64,000 bases of DNA from Octopus sinensis (taxonomy: Eukaryota), in NCBI RefSeq assembly GCF_006345805.1, contig NC_043000.1, positions 113,646,001 to 113,710,000 on the forward strand, written 5' to 3'. Shown piece by piece: positions 53,200-64,000 of the stretch. Position 1 is the first letter of the stretch, and the number at the start of each line of letters is the position of its first letter. The position numbers and the translations under genes are program-made. The notes under the pieces were generated by a model, which was given only the letters and a program-made list of their open reading frames with translations, did not search any database and had not been told where the DNA came from.

Positions 53200-53414
53200 A
53201 GGCGGTGAGCTGGAGGAATCGTTAGCACGACGAGCGAAATGCTTATTGGCATTCCGTCCATCTTTACCTTCCGAGTTCAAATTCCACCGAGGTCGACTTT
53301 GCCTTTTGTCCTTTTGTGTTCGACGAAATAAGTACCAGTGAAATACTGGGGTCGATATAATCGACTAGCCCCCACCAACCAAATTTCAGACCTTGTGTCT
53401 TTAGTATAAAGAAT
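53200..53414 (+). mobile_element. SINE family B (short tail)
   Basis: aggcggtgagctggaggaatcgttagcac...ccttgtgtctttagtataaagaa. Confidence 0.9.
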
Positions 53415-53416
53415 TA

Positions 53417-53485
<69 letters not shown>

Positions 53486-53519
53486 CATCATCATCATTAT
53501 CATCATCATCATCATCATT

Positions 53520-53733
53520 CAAAGCTGCCAGCTGACAGTATCGTTATGACACCGGCAAAATACTTAGCGGTATTTTGTCGGTTTTTCCGTTCTGAGTTCA
53601 AATTCCGCCGAGGTCGATTTTCTTTTTCAGACTTCCAGTGTTCGATAAAATAAGTCCCATTTGAGTACTGGGGTCGATGTAATCGACACCCAGCTCACCC
53701 GAGATTGCTGGCCTTGTGTCCAAATTTTAAACC
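53520..53733 (+). mobile_element. SINE family B (short tail), diverged
   Basis: Same head and body motifs as 53200-53414. Confidence 0.8.
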
Positions 53734-53773
53734 ATTATTTTGTTGCTGCTATTATCATTGTTATTTAGCGTGT

Positions 53774-53806
<33 letters not shown>

Positions 53807-54781
53807 AAGGATTGAAACGCTCCTTCCCTCACCCCACCCTCTCCTCGTACTTTGTGTTGAATTCTAAATATTTGCATTGCAAAGAGGGACATGAGAACGG
53901 GGGTTTATGGTGTGGTGTTTGGATGATGAGTGAGATGGGGCTTTCATGGAATGATAGAAAGAAAGAGAGTGAGGTGTAGGGGGGTAGATGGAAGGGTGGA
54001 TGAGTGGATGGATGGATGGATGGATGGATGGATGAACGGATTGTTAGATAAAAGCGTGGACAGAGCTATTCCTTATCGGATATCTTTCAGAACGCTTTTT
54101 ATTCATTTATAAGACTTCGTACATAGCTTTGGAATGAAAGAATGGTTGCATGTGTGCGTGTGTGTTTGTGTGTGTGTGTGTGTGAAGTAGTGTATGTGTG
54201 TATTGTGAGAGATTGGTAACTTGGAAGAATAACAGAGAAAAACAGCAAAGCGGATGAATGTTTTGTAGATACCCACCCCTTCATTTCCCCCACCTCCCTA
54301 CCATCCAGCAACACACACAGCCACCTATCTACCCGTTTATCCACCCGTTAACACATCCACCCATCTAGCCATTCACCCGTCTATCGTTTAAGCTTCGCTT
54401 CTGATACACTGCATTGACATAAAACAGTGACGCAGCGATATCGACTCGTAACGTTATGGACATCATAACAGGCTTTTGTTGTGAGGCAGCGAATGACAAC
54501 ATATGTAGCAATAACAATCTCCGCTGGTTTAATTGATACACATCATAGATGTGGTGGTGATGGTGGTGATGGTGGTAGTGCGAGTGGCAGTGACGAAAGG
54601 ACCAGCTAGGTGCACAATGTCACTGTTGGATACCAAGGAACCACCAACCAGCCCTACAACCCAAGCAACGTAAAGGTCAGGTAAAAGTGGATAGATTTTG
54701 CTCACAACGCCACCATTTGTCACCTACCAAGCACGGGATACACTGGGAAATGCAACCCTATACATACATACTCGTTAAGAT

Positions 54782-55182
54782 ATTCTTTTCTACTCTAGGC
54801 ACAAGGCTCGAAATTTTGGGCGAGGGGACCAGTCGATTAGATCAACTTCAGTGCGCAACTGGTACTTAATTTATCGACCGGAAAGATTGAAAGGCAAAGT
54901 CGACTTCGATGGAATTTGAACTCAGAACGTAACAGCAGACGAAATACCTATTTCTGTACTACCCACAAGGGGCTAAACACAGAGAGGACAAACAAGGACA
55001 GACAAACGGATTAAGTCGATTATATCGATCCCAGTGCGTAACTGGTAGTTATTTAATCGACCCCGAAAGGAAGAAAGGCGAAGTCGACCTCGGCGGAATT
55101 TGAACTCAGAACGTAACGGCAGACGAAATACGATTAAGCATTTCGCCCGACGCGCTAACGTTTCTGCCAACACGCCGCCTTA
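54782..55182 (-). mobile_element. SINE family B dimer
   Basis: A full long-tail unit (55182-54945) fused to a truncated short-tail unit. Confidence 0.9.
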
Positions 55183-56448
55183 TACCTGTTAAGATATTGG
55201 TGGTCGATGGTCACCACCACCACCACCACCACCACCACTATTGCCATCAGCAGCAGCACCACCACCATCACAACACCCCACCCCCATCACAAATACCACT
55301 ATCGCCATCAGCACCACCACCATCACCACTGCCACCACCACCATTACCACCATTATCGTCATCGTCACCGCCATTACCACCAACACCATCAAAACCACCA
55401 TCATCAAACCAACCACCACCACCAACAACAACAACACTATCTACATCAGCTCCATAGTCACCACCACCACCACCATCACCACAATCACGACGACGACGAC
55501 TACCACCACCACCATCACTACCACTACCACCACCAATACCACCACCACCATCACCGCCGCCACCACCACCACCACCACCACCACCATCACCACCATCAGC
55601 AGCACCTCATCACCACCACCATCACCACCACTACCATCACCACCACTACCAACACCGCTACCACCACCACCACCACCACCACCACCACCACCACCACCAC
55701 CACCACCACCACCATCACCACCACCACTTCTCAAACGACCAAAACAACGACACACTACAACCGTTAGATGACAACACCACACAGCTAACACACAACATAA
55801 GACTACGCCACCACAACAACATCCACACGCCACCACCACTACCAACAACAACAACAACAACAGCAACACCACCACCAGGTCTTTACTGCCAACTCCACAC
55901 CACCGCCAGCATTATACGATACAACGACACAAGCACCAATAGAGGACAGCACCACAGAACCACTACATCCCCAACAGCACCGCAACCAACACCACAACCA
56001 CCGCTGCTAACCAAACAAAACATCGAAACCTCCTTGCTTCTCAAATTAAATTAAGTTTTTAGCTAATGGATTAATCAGATTCCTTATCTTTCTTCGCGGA
56101 GGAATTTATTCTCTTAAATGATGGCTTCCATAACTATCTCTCCATCTTTAATCCATCTCTTCCTTATCGCTTTTTCCCCTCGCTCTGTATCCCTCTCTTC
56201 CATACGCACACACTCACACACATACATATAGGCATATATACATACATACAAATATACATACAAAGAAATTTTACACATCGACATACACATCTAGAAGTAC
56301 ACATACACACATATAAACTCACATCCATCCATCCATCCATTCATTCTAACGTATATTCTTCTCACTATCTTCTTCATTCTGACTTTTTTATCCTTAATCC
56401 ATTCATACTCTGTCAGTCTGTCTGTCTCTCTTTCCCCATCTTTCTACC

Positions 56449-56594
<146 letters not shown>

Positions 56595-56734
56595 CCTTTC
56601 GGCGTATAACATCCTTAAGATCTAAGGATGTATGCAAGCCTACATATGTGAACGCATCTATATATACATCGCATACAAACATACGCAGTTGTATACATGC
56701 ATACATACATGCATACATACATACATACATAAAT

Positions 56735-56765
<31 letters not shown>

Positions 56766-56776
56766 CATATATATAT

Positions 56777-56811
<35 letters not shown>

Positions 56812-57570
56812 CGAGGGTGAACCAAAAAGTAATTCCATTTTGTTTAAGACAGGTATAATTACCAACACAGGAACATGTATCATACATCAAAATGAAGCTG
56901 GTCCTCTATGGATCACATCCCTACTTCTCAACATAGGCACCGTTTCTCTCAATAGCAACGTTTCACCTTCGAATGCGAGCATGCATCCCTGCCCTGTAAA
57001 ATTCGGTTGACTGTTCTTTGTGCCACTTCTTCACTACAGTTTTCACTTCCTCGTCACTGGACTATCATCTCTTCGGCCCCATGAAAGAGGGTTTGGGAGG
57101 CAAACATTATTCCAGTGGGGAATGCCTTCTTCTTTTTCAGTGGGTGCTAAAATTTGTCGTTTTGTAGTGAATTCACTTTTCATCACTTGTGATGATTTTT
57201 ACCAGGAATGGTTCGGAATCAGTCTAAAGCTCAATAACGAGAAAAGTGCAACGCCTTGATTAAAGTGAGAAGGAGTGAAATGATGAGAAACCCACTGACG
57301 AAGTTCAGACATTTTTCCCACTTCATGATGTTTTATGATCGAAGTGAGACATGAACTGAACAGTTTTGCTAATGCCCACGCAGATTGCTTTGAATTTTCC
57401 TCGATTACGGTTTTCAGAATCTGTGTTTCAGAAAATATTGGTCAGCCATATTGAGAGGAATCTACGAAAGAGAAATTTCACGAGAAAACTGGCCAAACCA
57501 TCCTGGGCATATCCGAACACTAAAAACTTCATCTCCAGTAACGGAAAGAATATTTCTTCCTATTTATATT
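56812..57570 (-). mobile_element. Internally deleted mariner remnant with a 49-bp internal inversion
   Basis: TA+CGAGGGTG TIR end; minus-strand QWVSHH, IITSDEK and EEVKTVVKKW; DYHLFGPMKEGL reads on the plus strand at 57062-57110. Confidence 0.85.
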
Positions 57571-57658
57571 GCTGAAGAGACCCTTTTCATTTCATACAAC
57601 ATATGCTGTTGGATATATATGTATATACATACACATAAACATAAATACACACACACAA

Positions 57659-57724
<66 letters not shown>

Positions 57725-57734
<10 letters not shown>

Positions 57735-57935
57735 ACGGGAAGCTTTATGAAAATAAACAAAAGACGAAGGCAGGTGGAATACAAACAAACAATTGTATTA
57801 GTATGGCGCTCAGGAATATAAATAAAACAAGTCTTTTACGTTTCGAGCCTACGCTCTTCAACAGAAAGATACGCAGAAAAGAAACACGGAGAGAAACAAG
57901 GAGAGAAAAAAATGCGTGCAGAAGCTAGCGAATCA
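57725..57935 (-). mobile_element. Penelope-like tail repeat with degenerate minimal HHR (57833-57868)
   Basis: Minus strand cttt-ctgttga-a-gagc-gtag-gctc-gaaa-cgt-a-aaag. Confidence 0.75.
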
Positions 57936-58047
57936 ACATGGCGATATATATATATATATATGCTTTCGGTGCGAATGACTTTGTTATACGGTGCCAAGTT
58001 TTACAATCCTGTAAATAATAATAATGGTATTTTTTTATATAAGCTCA

Positions 58048-58276
58048 AAGCTTATGGCAATCACTGTGCAATGACTAAGGAAAATAGTCTAATAATGGGG
58101 CATCTAAGCCCTCAACAGAAAAAAAAGTAGGCTTTCCCATCCGCTTGAGAATCGAACCCGCATCCCCTTCGAGCCCCACGCGGATGGGAAAGCCTACTTT
58201 TTTTCTGTTAAGGGCTAAGATGGCCCATTACTACACTATTTTTCTTAGTTCATTGCACGGTGATCGCTGTAAGCTT
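58048..58276. repeat. Fold-back element with ~97-bp arms and a 35-nt loop
   Basis: 58048-58144 pairs with 58180-58276; the inner segment gtaggctttcccatccgc/gcggatgggaaagcctac is perfect. Confidence 0.9.
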
Positions 58277-58306
58277 ATATGTCATAATAATAATAATAAT
58301 AATAAT

Positions 58307-58436
58307 AATTTTACACATCGACATACACATCTAGAAGTACACATACACACATATAAACTCACATCCATCCATCCATCCATTCATTCTAACGTATATTCTT
58401 CTCACTATCTTCTTCATTCTGACTTTTTTATCCTTA
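58307..58436 (+). repeat. Exact 130-bp copy of 56267-56396
   Basis: Identical sequence, offset 2040 bp. Confidence 0.95.
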
Positions 58437-58452
58437 TTTATGCTTTCGGTGC

Positions 58453-58486
<34 letters not shown>

Positions 58487-58487
<1 letters not shown>

Positions 58488-58755
58488 TGAGAATGATCCC
58501 TGGCTTACCATCCCTGCAAGAAGTGCAAAAGATTGTCTTAACTGGTACATCACACGTATTGAGAAGAGCATTGTCGATGTGAGAACTGTTGCTGCTCATG
58601 TATTTTAATTTAACTTAAAAAAAAAAAAAAAAAATGAACGAACTACTGAGTTTGGTTTAATGGCCTACCAATATACACTATGAGTTTCTTTGCCCTAGGA
58701 GTCGGGAAGACACTCGGCAAGAAATGGAAGAAAATTTGAAAGAAGAAAAAAAAAG
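58487..58755 (+). mobile_element. R4/Dong-type REL LINE 3' end (subfamily 3)
   Basis: MIPGLPSLQEVQKIVLTGTSHVLRRALSM* plus 3' UTR, between (TAA)n tracts. Confidence 0.8.
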
Positions 58756-58777
58756 TAATAATAATAATAATAATAAT

Positions 58778-59038
58778 ACAGAAACAATTCCTATCATAGT
58801 AGGTGCATTAGGCATGATAAAAAAATATTCAGACAAATACATAACAAAAACACCAGGACTTACAAACACATATAACATACAGAAAATTGCACTACTAGGC
58901 AGTGCACACATCCTACACAGAACACTTTCCATACAATAACCACCAGAGCATCACAGCAAATCACAGCACATACCCAAGGTACACAGAGCTGCGCTCGGTA
59001 GTGAAGTGAAATCACGCTATAAAATTAAAACTACGGAA
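58778..59038 (+). mobile_element. R4/Dong-type REL LINE 3' end (subfamily 2)
   Basis: Near-identical to 26890-27148. Confidence 0.9.
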
Positions 59039-59046
59039 GAATAATG

Positions 59047-59092
<46 letters not shown>

Positions 59093-59100
59093 TAATAATA

Positions 59101-59145
<45 letters not shown>

Positions 59146-59313
59146 TAATAATAATAATAATAATAAATATAATAATAATAAATAATAATGATAATAATAA
59201 TAATAATATAATAATAATAATATAATAGTAATAATAATATAATAATAATAAAATAATATAATAATAATAATAATAATGATAATAATAATTAATAATAATG
59301 ATAATAATAATAA

Positions 59314-60468
59314 GAAGAAGGTGGTAGAGGCCTTATACAGCTGGAAAAACTACTATAAAATAACCACCATAGGACTGCAAAATAACTACTTCAGAAGGAA
59401 GGAAAACTGATCCAGATAGCAGCAAAACACGAGCAAAACAAAAAACTGTTCTCAGTATTTAAGGAAGCTGACAAATACAAACAAGAAATCATACCACCTA
59501 ATAAAACAAAAGAAGAGAAGAAGATGATGAAGAAACAACAAAAGCTATAAAACAAATGAAATCCAAACTAAAAATAGAACAGCAACGAACCATGATAAAA
59601 CGATGGCAAGAAAAGCCCCTTCATGGTAAATACTGCCTAAACTAAACGCAAAAGAAATAGACAAAGAAAAATCCCAGCAATGGTGAGAAGCTCAGGACTC
59701 CAAAGCAGAAACAGAGGGATTTTTAATTGCAGCACAAGACCAAAGCCTCCCCACCAGAAATAACAAAACATGTAATGAAAAGAAATATTACAAGTAACTG
59801 CAGAATATGTGGAGATGGACAAGAAACAATACATCATATTATCTCAGCTGCCCAGTCCTGGCTAAGAAGGAATATATTCACAGACATGACAGACTTGGAA
59901 CCTACATACATTGGAAGCTATGCCAACGTTATGGAATAACAACAGAAAAAAGATGGTATAGGCACACACCAGAAAAAGTCACAGAAAACGAGAAAGCAAC
60001 CATACTCTGGGATATGCCGATACACACAGATAGAGAAATTAAGGCAAACAGACCAGATATAGTTGTCAGAGATCATGAAGAAAAAAATGCTTTCTAATTG
60101 ATGTATCAATACGGCAGATGACAACGTGTCTCTAAAAGAAATGGAGAAACTCTCAAAATACAAAGACCTGGAAATAGAGGTAACTAGAATGTGGAACCTG
60201 AAAACAGAAACAATTCCTTATCATAGGTGGTGGTAGGTGATTAGGCATGATAAAAAAATATTCAGAAAATAATAACAAACACACCAGGACTTACAAACAC
60301 ATATAACATACAGAAAATTGCACTACTAGGCACTGCACACATCCTACGCAGAACACTTTCCATACAATAACCATCAGAGCGTCACAACAAATCACAGCAC
60401 ATACCCAAGGCACACAGAGCTGCGCTCGGTAGTGAAGTGAAAGCACGCTATAAAAATAAAACTACTGA
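59314..60468 (+). mobile_element. R4/Dong-type REL LINE, longer 3' fragment (subfamily 2)
   Basis: EGGRGL, zinc knuckle CRICGDGQETIHH, HDRLG, ILWD, and endonuclease RPDIVVRD; same 3' UTR as 26837-27148. Confidence 0.92.
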
Positions 60469-60520
60469 ATAATAATATAATAATAATAATAATAATGTAT
60501 AATAATAATAATAATAATAA

Positions 60521-60582
<62 letters not shown>

Positions 60583-61025
60583 TTAGCCATGAAACGTACG
60601 TAGTTTTTTTTACAAGAAGTGTTGTGATGTTGTATTTTACATTTTTCTTTAACCTCTATTCTTCATTTTGATGAACATTTAAATGTGTTTTGACAATTGA
60701 AATGTCTTACCAGTTCGCTTTATCAAATTTCTGCAATTATAATCATAGTTTCTTGCCGTCTCTTGCAATTTGTATCTGAATTCATTTATCAGACCATACC
60801 ACAATTCATACATCCACATACATACCATACTGCTTCAAATTAAACAGTCATGTGTGTTGCGAAACGGCTAGAATGCCTCTCCGATGAAGTAGATGCCAAT
60901 TTTCACCATCATTTACTCGTAATTCCCTGTGTAAAGCAATAAAAGACTGAAATCTTGGCACCATTTTGGATTAAGACGGGATTTTCAATTTATGTCAGGA
61001 CGACTACCTAAGTCATCAGGAGACA

Positions 61026-61071
<46 letters not shown>

Positions 61072-61146
61072 TCTGTCTGTATGTCTGTCTGTCTCTCTGT
61101 CTGTTTGTATGTATCTATATATATATATATATATATCCATCCATTC

Positions 61147-61192
<46 letters not shown>

Positions 61193-61193
61193 A

Positions 61194-61285
<92 letters not shown>

Positions 61286-61299
61286 CAGCTATCTATTTG

Positions 61300-61401
<102 letters not shown>

Positions 61402-61406
61402 GATCG

Positions 61407-61441
<35 letters not shown>

Positions 61442-62484
61442 GAGCTATCTATCTATTTATGGCAACGTTTCATAAGAAATTCTTTGCTTGCGTTTAATAT
61501 ATTAACATACCGTTTCCAAATATGCTGATTTAAATTGCGGAATTTCAAAGGGCCCTGCTAGTCAAAAATAAAAGAATTAAATCGGTATAATATGATATGT
61601 ACGAGTTTTGGCTGCTGTTTCTAGCAAGTCGATGGCAGAGACATTACATTCCTCGTTCGCACTAACTAACGCTGTTGTTGCTGTTGCTGTTGCTGCTGAC
61701 GCTGCAAATGTTTGTTGCAAGTGAGCCTCATCGATTTTACTTGCCTAGAATCAGGTCGCTAAAGGTCATGGTTACCGCCCCTCCTATTTCTGATTAAATA
61801 ATGACGTTAAGAAGGGAGGAAATTTCAGCTAATTAACAAAGGCACTTAACGACAGATAGATATATGAGACAAAAACAAAATACCAGAAACATCCCTTTTT
61901 TCTAGATTCCGAGAGAGTTTATAACCCGGTAATTATTGACATATGTTACAAAAGTGGGGAATAGACGAGAATAATGTGAATGCTTGTGTGTGAAAGAAGG
62001 AGAGAAAGAGAGAGAAAGAGAAGGAAAGGGAGAGTGAGAGAAAGGGAGTGAGTGAGGGTGTGTGTGTGTGTATGTGTAAAACACAATTTCTCATATATAA
62101 AATGACAGACTTACACATTTTACCTCAGTTCAGGCAACCGCACACATCTACATACATACACTCATATATTAACATATAAGTGTGAGTGCGTGTGTGTGTG
62201 TGTGTGTGTGTGAGTGTGTAGTTAGGTATATGTGTATATGTGCATAAAAAGTGTATATAAAAAAATCTATCTATTAATATATAATAATATTTAATAACAT
62301 AGATATACTGCTCTCTCTCTCTCTCTCACTTGCTCCTTATATATTTCTATATTTATATATGTGTGGTGTGTATATATATATATATACATATAAATATATA
62401 TGTATGTATATATATCTATAAGTTATATATATATGTATATATATACATATATATATGAATATATATATATATTATATATATATA

Positions 62485-62523
<39 letters not shown>

Positions 62524-62534
62524 TGGTGTGTTGT

Positions 62535-62712
62535 ATTGGTTGATCGTTAGCCACTAAATCCTTTTTTTCTTCCTTGTTTCTTTCTGTGTTCCTTTCTGTG
62601 GAAGAGCGTAGGATCGAAACGTAAAAGACTTTCTCACTTCCCGAGCGTTAAACTAATACATCTGTTTGCTGTTTACACACCCGTCTTCGTCTTTTGTTTT
62701 ATTCTTTTACTT
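62535..62712 (+). mobile_element. Penelope-like tail repeat with degenerate minimal HHR (62592-62627)
   Basis: cttt-ctgtgga-a-gagc-gtag-gatc-gaaa-cgt-a-aaag. Confidence 0.75.
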
Positions 62713-62714
62713 TT

Positions 62715-63120
62715 TTCACTCATTTGACTGCGGCCATGCTGGATCACCGCCATTAGTCGAGCAAATAGCAAATCGACCCCAGGACGTATTCTTTGTAAGC
62801 CTAGTACTTATTCTTTCGGTCTCTTTTCAGGACCGCTAAGTTACGGGGACATAAACACACCACCATCGGTTGTCAAGCGATTTTGAAGGGAGAAAACAGA
62901 CACACAAACATACACACACACACACGCACGCACACACACACACAACACACACACACACACACACAGACACACACACACACACATATATACGACGGGCTTC
63001 TTTCAGTTTCCTTCTACCAAATCCATTCACAAGCCTTTGGTCGACTCGAGGTTATAAAAGGAGACACTTGCCCAAGGTGCCACGCAGTGGGAATGAACCC
63101 GGAACCATGTGGTTGGTAAA
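62715..63120 (-). mobile_element. SINE family A
   Basis: Reverse complement of 14100-14465. Confidence 0.9.
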
Positions 63121-63147
63121 TTCCAACTATATATATGTATATATATA

Positions 63148-63178
<31 letters not shown>

Positions 63179-63261
63179 CTATATACATACATACATCCAT
63201 ACATACCTATAAATGTGTATATATATATATATATAGATATACATACATACATACCTACATA

Positions 63262-63799
63262 TATATATACCAATTAAGGACTGAACACGAAAAGTGGACA
63301 GTCAACATGCTAGATATAGACGTCAAATCGCCATTCACCACAAAAGATTATGTTCCTCAGATCAACTCAACACAAAACCATAGAAAACAAGCAAAATAAC
63401 GTGAAAATAATAAATAATTACCCATGTACTAAATTAGTTTCAGCTGTTATTTTCCGCAAGGAAAACTGCAGCCATCATCAGCATGGTCCGTTATAAATGT
63501 AATTTGCTGGACTAGATGCAAACACGGTACCGAAATATCGCGTGCATGGAGTTCAGCCTATTACATTTGAATATATCTTTCAAATGCCTTTACCTTGGCG
63601 CGTTGGAACCCGAGAAAACTAGACTGCAGCTAATAATTAGCAGCAGTTAATTTATCGGTTAGAGAACATATTTATTTATATAAAATTAATTAAGGGTAGA
63701 AATTGATATTTATCAATTAAGACCAGTGGTCTAGCATATTAAAAAAGAATCCGAAGATTAAAATATTTATATATACCAATTAAGGACTGAACACGAAAA
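63262..63799 (-). mobile_element. 506-bp hammerhead-bearing unit with a 32-bp terminal direct repeat (retrozyme-like)
   Basis: tatatataccaattaaggactgaacacgaaaa at 63262-63293 and 63768-63799; HHR inside; homologue at 43197-43390. Confidence 0.75.
63422..63486 (-). ncRNA. Type I hammerhead ribozyme
   Basis: Minus strand CCAUG-CUGAUGA-U-GGCUG cag UUUUCC uugc GGAAAA uaa CAGCU-GAAA-CUA auu UAG-U-A/CAUGG: all three stems and the core are present; GUA triplet. Confidence 0.88.
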
Positions 63800-63869
63800 C
63801 GATTCTGCTTGCTCGCTGCCATAATATGGTCTAAAAGAATTCTATGAAATTTTTGTCACAAGACCAACA

Positions 63870-63980
63870 AAGAGAGGAGACAAGTCGATTGCATCGGCCC
63901 CAGAATTTGAGTAGTACTTATTTAATCGATCCCGAAAATATAACAGATAAGTTTAACCTCGGCGGTATTTCAACTCAGAT
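63870..63980 (-). mobile_element. SINE family B fragment
   Basis: gtacttatttaatcgatcccgaaa...acctcggcggtatttcaactcag. Confidence 0.7.
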
Positions 63981-64000
63981 CGTACTTAAAAGAAAAGCCT

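Noticed and set aside
54620-54760. Protein-like string VHNVTVGYQGTTNQPYNPSNVK
   Set aside because: No polypyrimidine acceptor, an in-frame stop follows, and no family was recognised
60711-60830. Minus-strand segment ending in a ctg|GTAAG donor with an open frame
   Set aside because: Acceptor is ambiguous and the peptide is unrecognised

Overview
Eukaryotic, extremely repeat-rich, gene-poor DNA. It is most likely octopus (coleoid cephalopod); this is an inference from the tRNA-derived SINE families and the very high microsatellite density. There is a 100-N scaffold gap at 2659-2758. No intact protein-coding gene is supported, and most ORFs in the track are microsatellite translations. The identifiable content is: (1) decayed non-LTR retrotransposons, namely an RTE (8.1-10.8 kb), a CR1-type element (19.5-20.9 kb), a near-full-length Tx1/L1-clade element (30.1-35.1 kb) and many 3' fragments of restriction-like-endonuclease (R4/Dong-type) LINEs embedded in (TAA)n or (CATA)n; (2) Tc1/mariner/pogo remnants and MITEs; (3) three tRNA-derived SINE families; (4) several fold-back palindromes. 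The most notable signal is a set of hammerhead ribozyme (HHR) motifs in three architectures. One sits at the apex of a ~390-bp perfect fold-back element (811-1197). One near-canonical type I HHR lies in a 506-bp terminally redundant, apparently circularly permuted unit resembling a retrozyme (63262-63799). Five degenerate minimal Penelope-type HHRs show stem covariation. Two SINE families share 3' ends with LINEs present in the window. All alignments and folds were done by eye and boundaries are approximate unless stated as exact.
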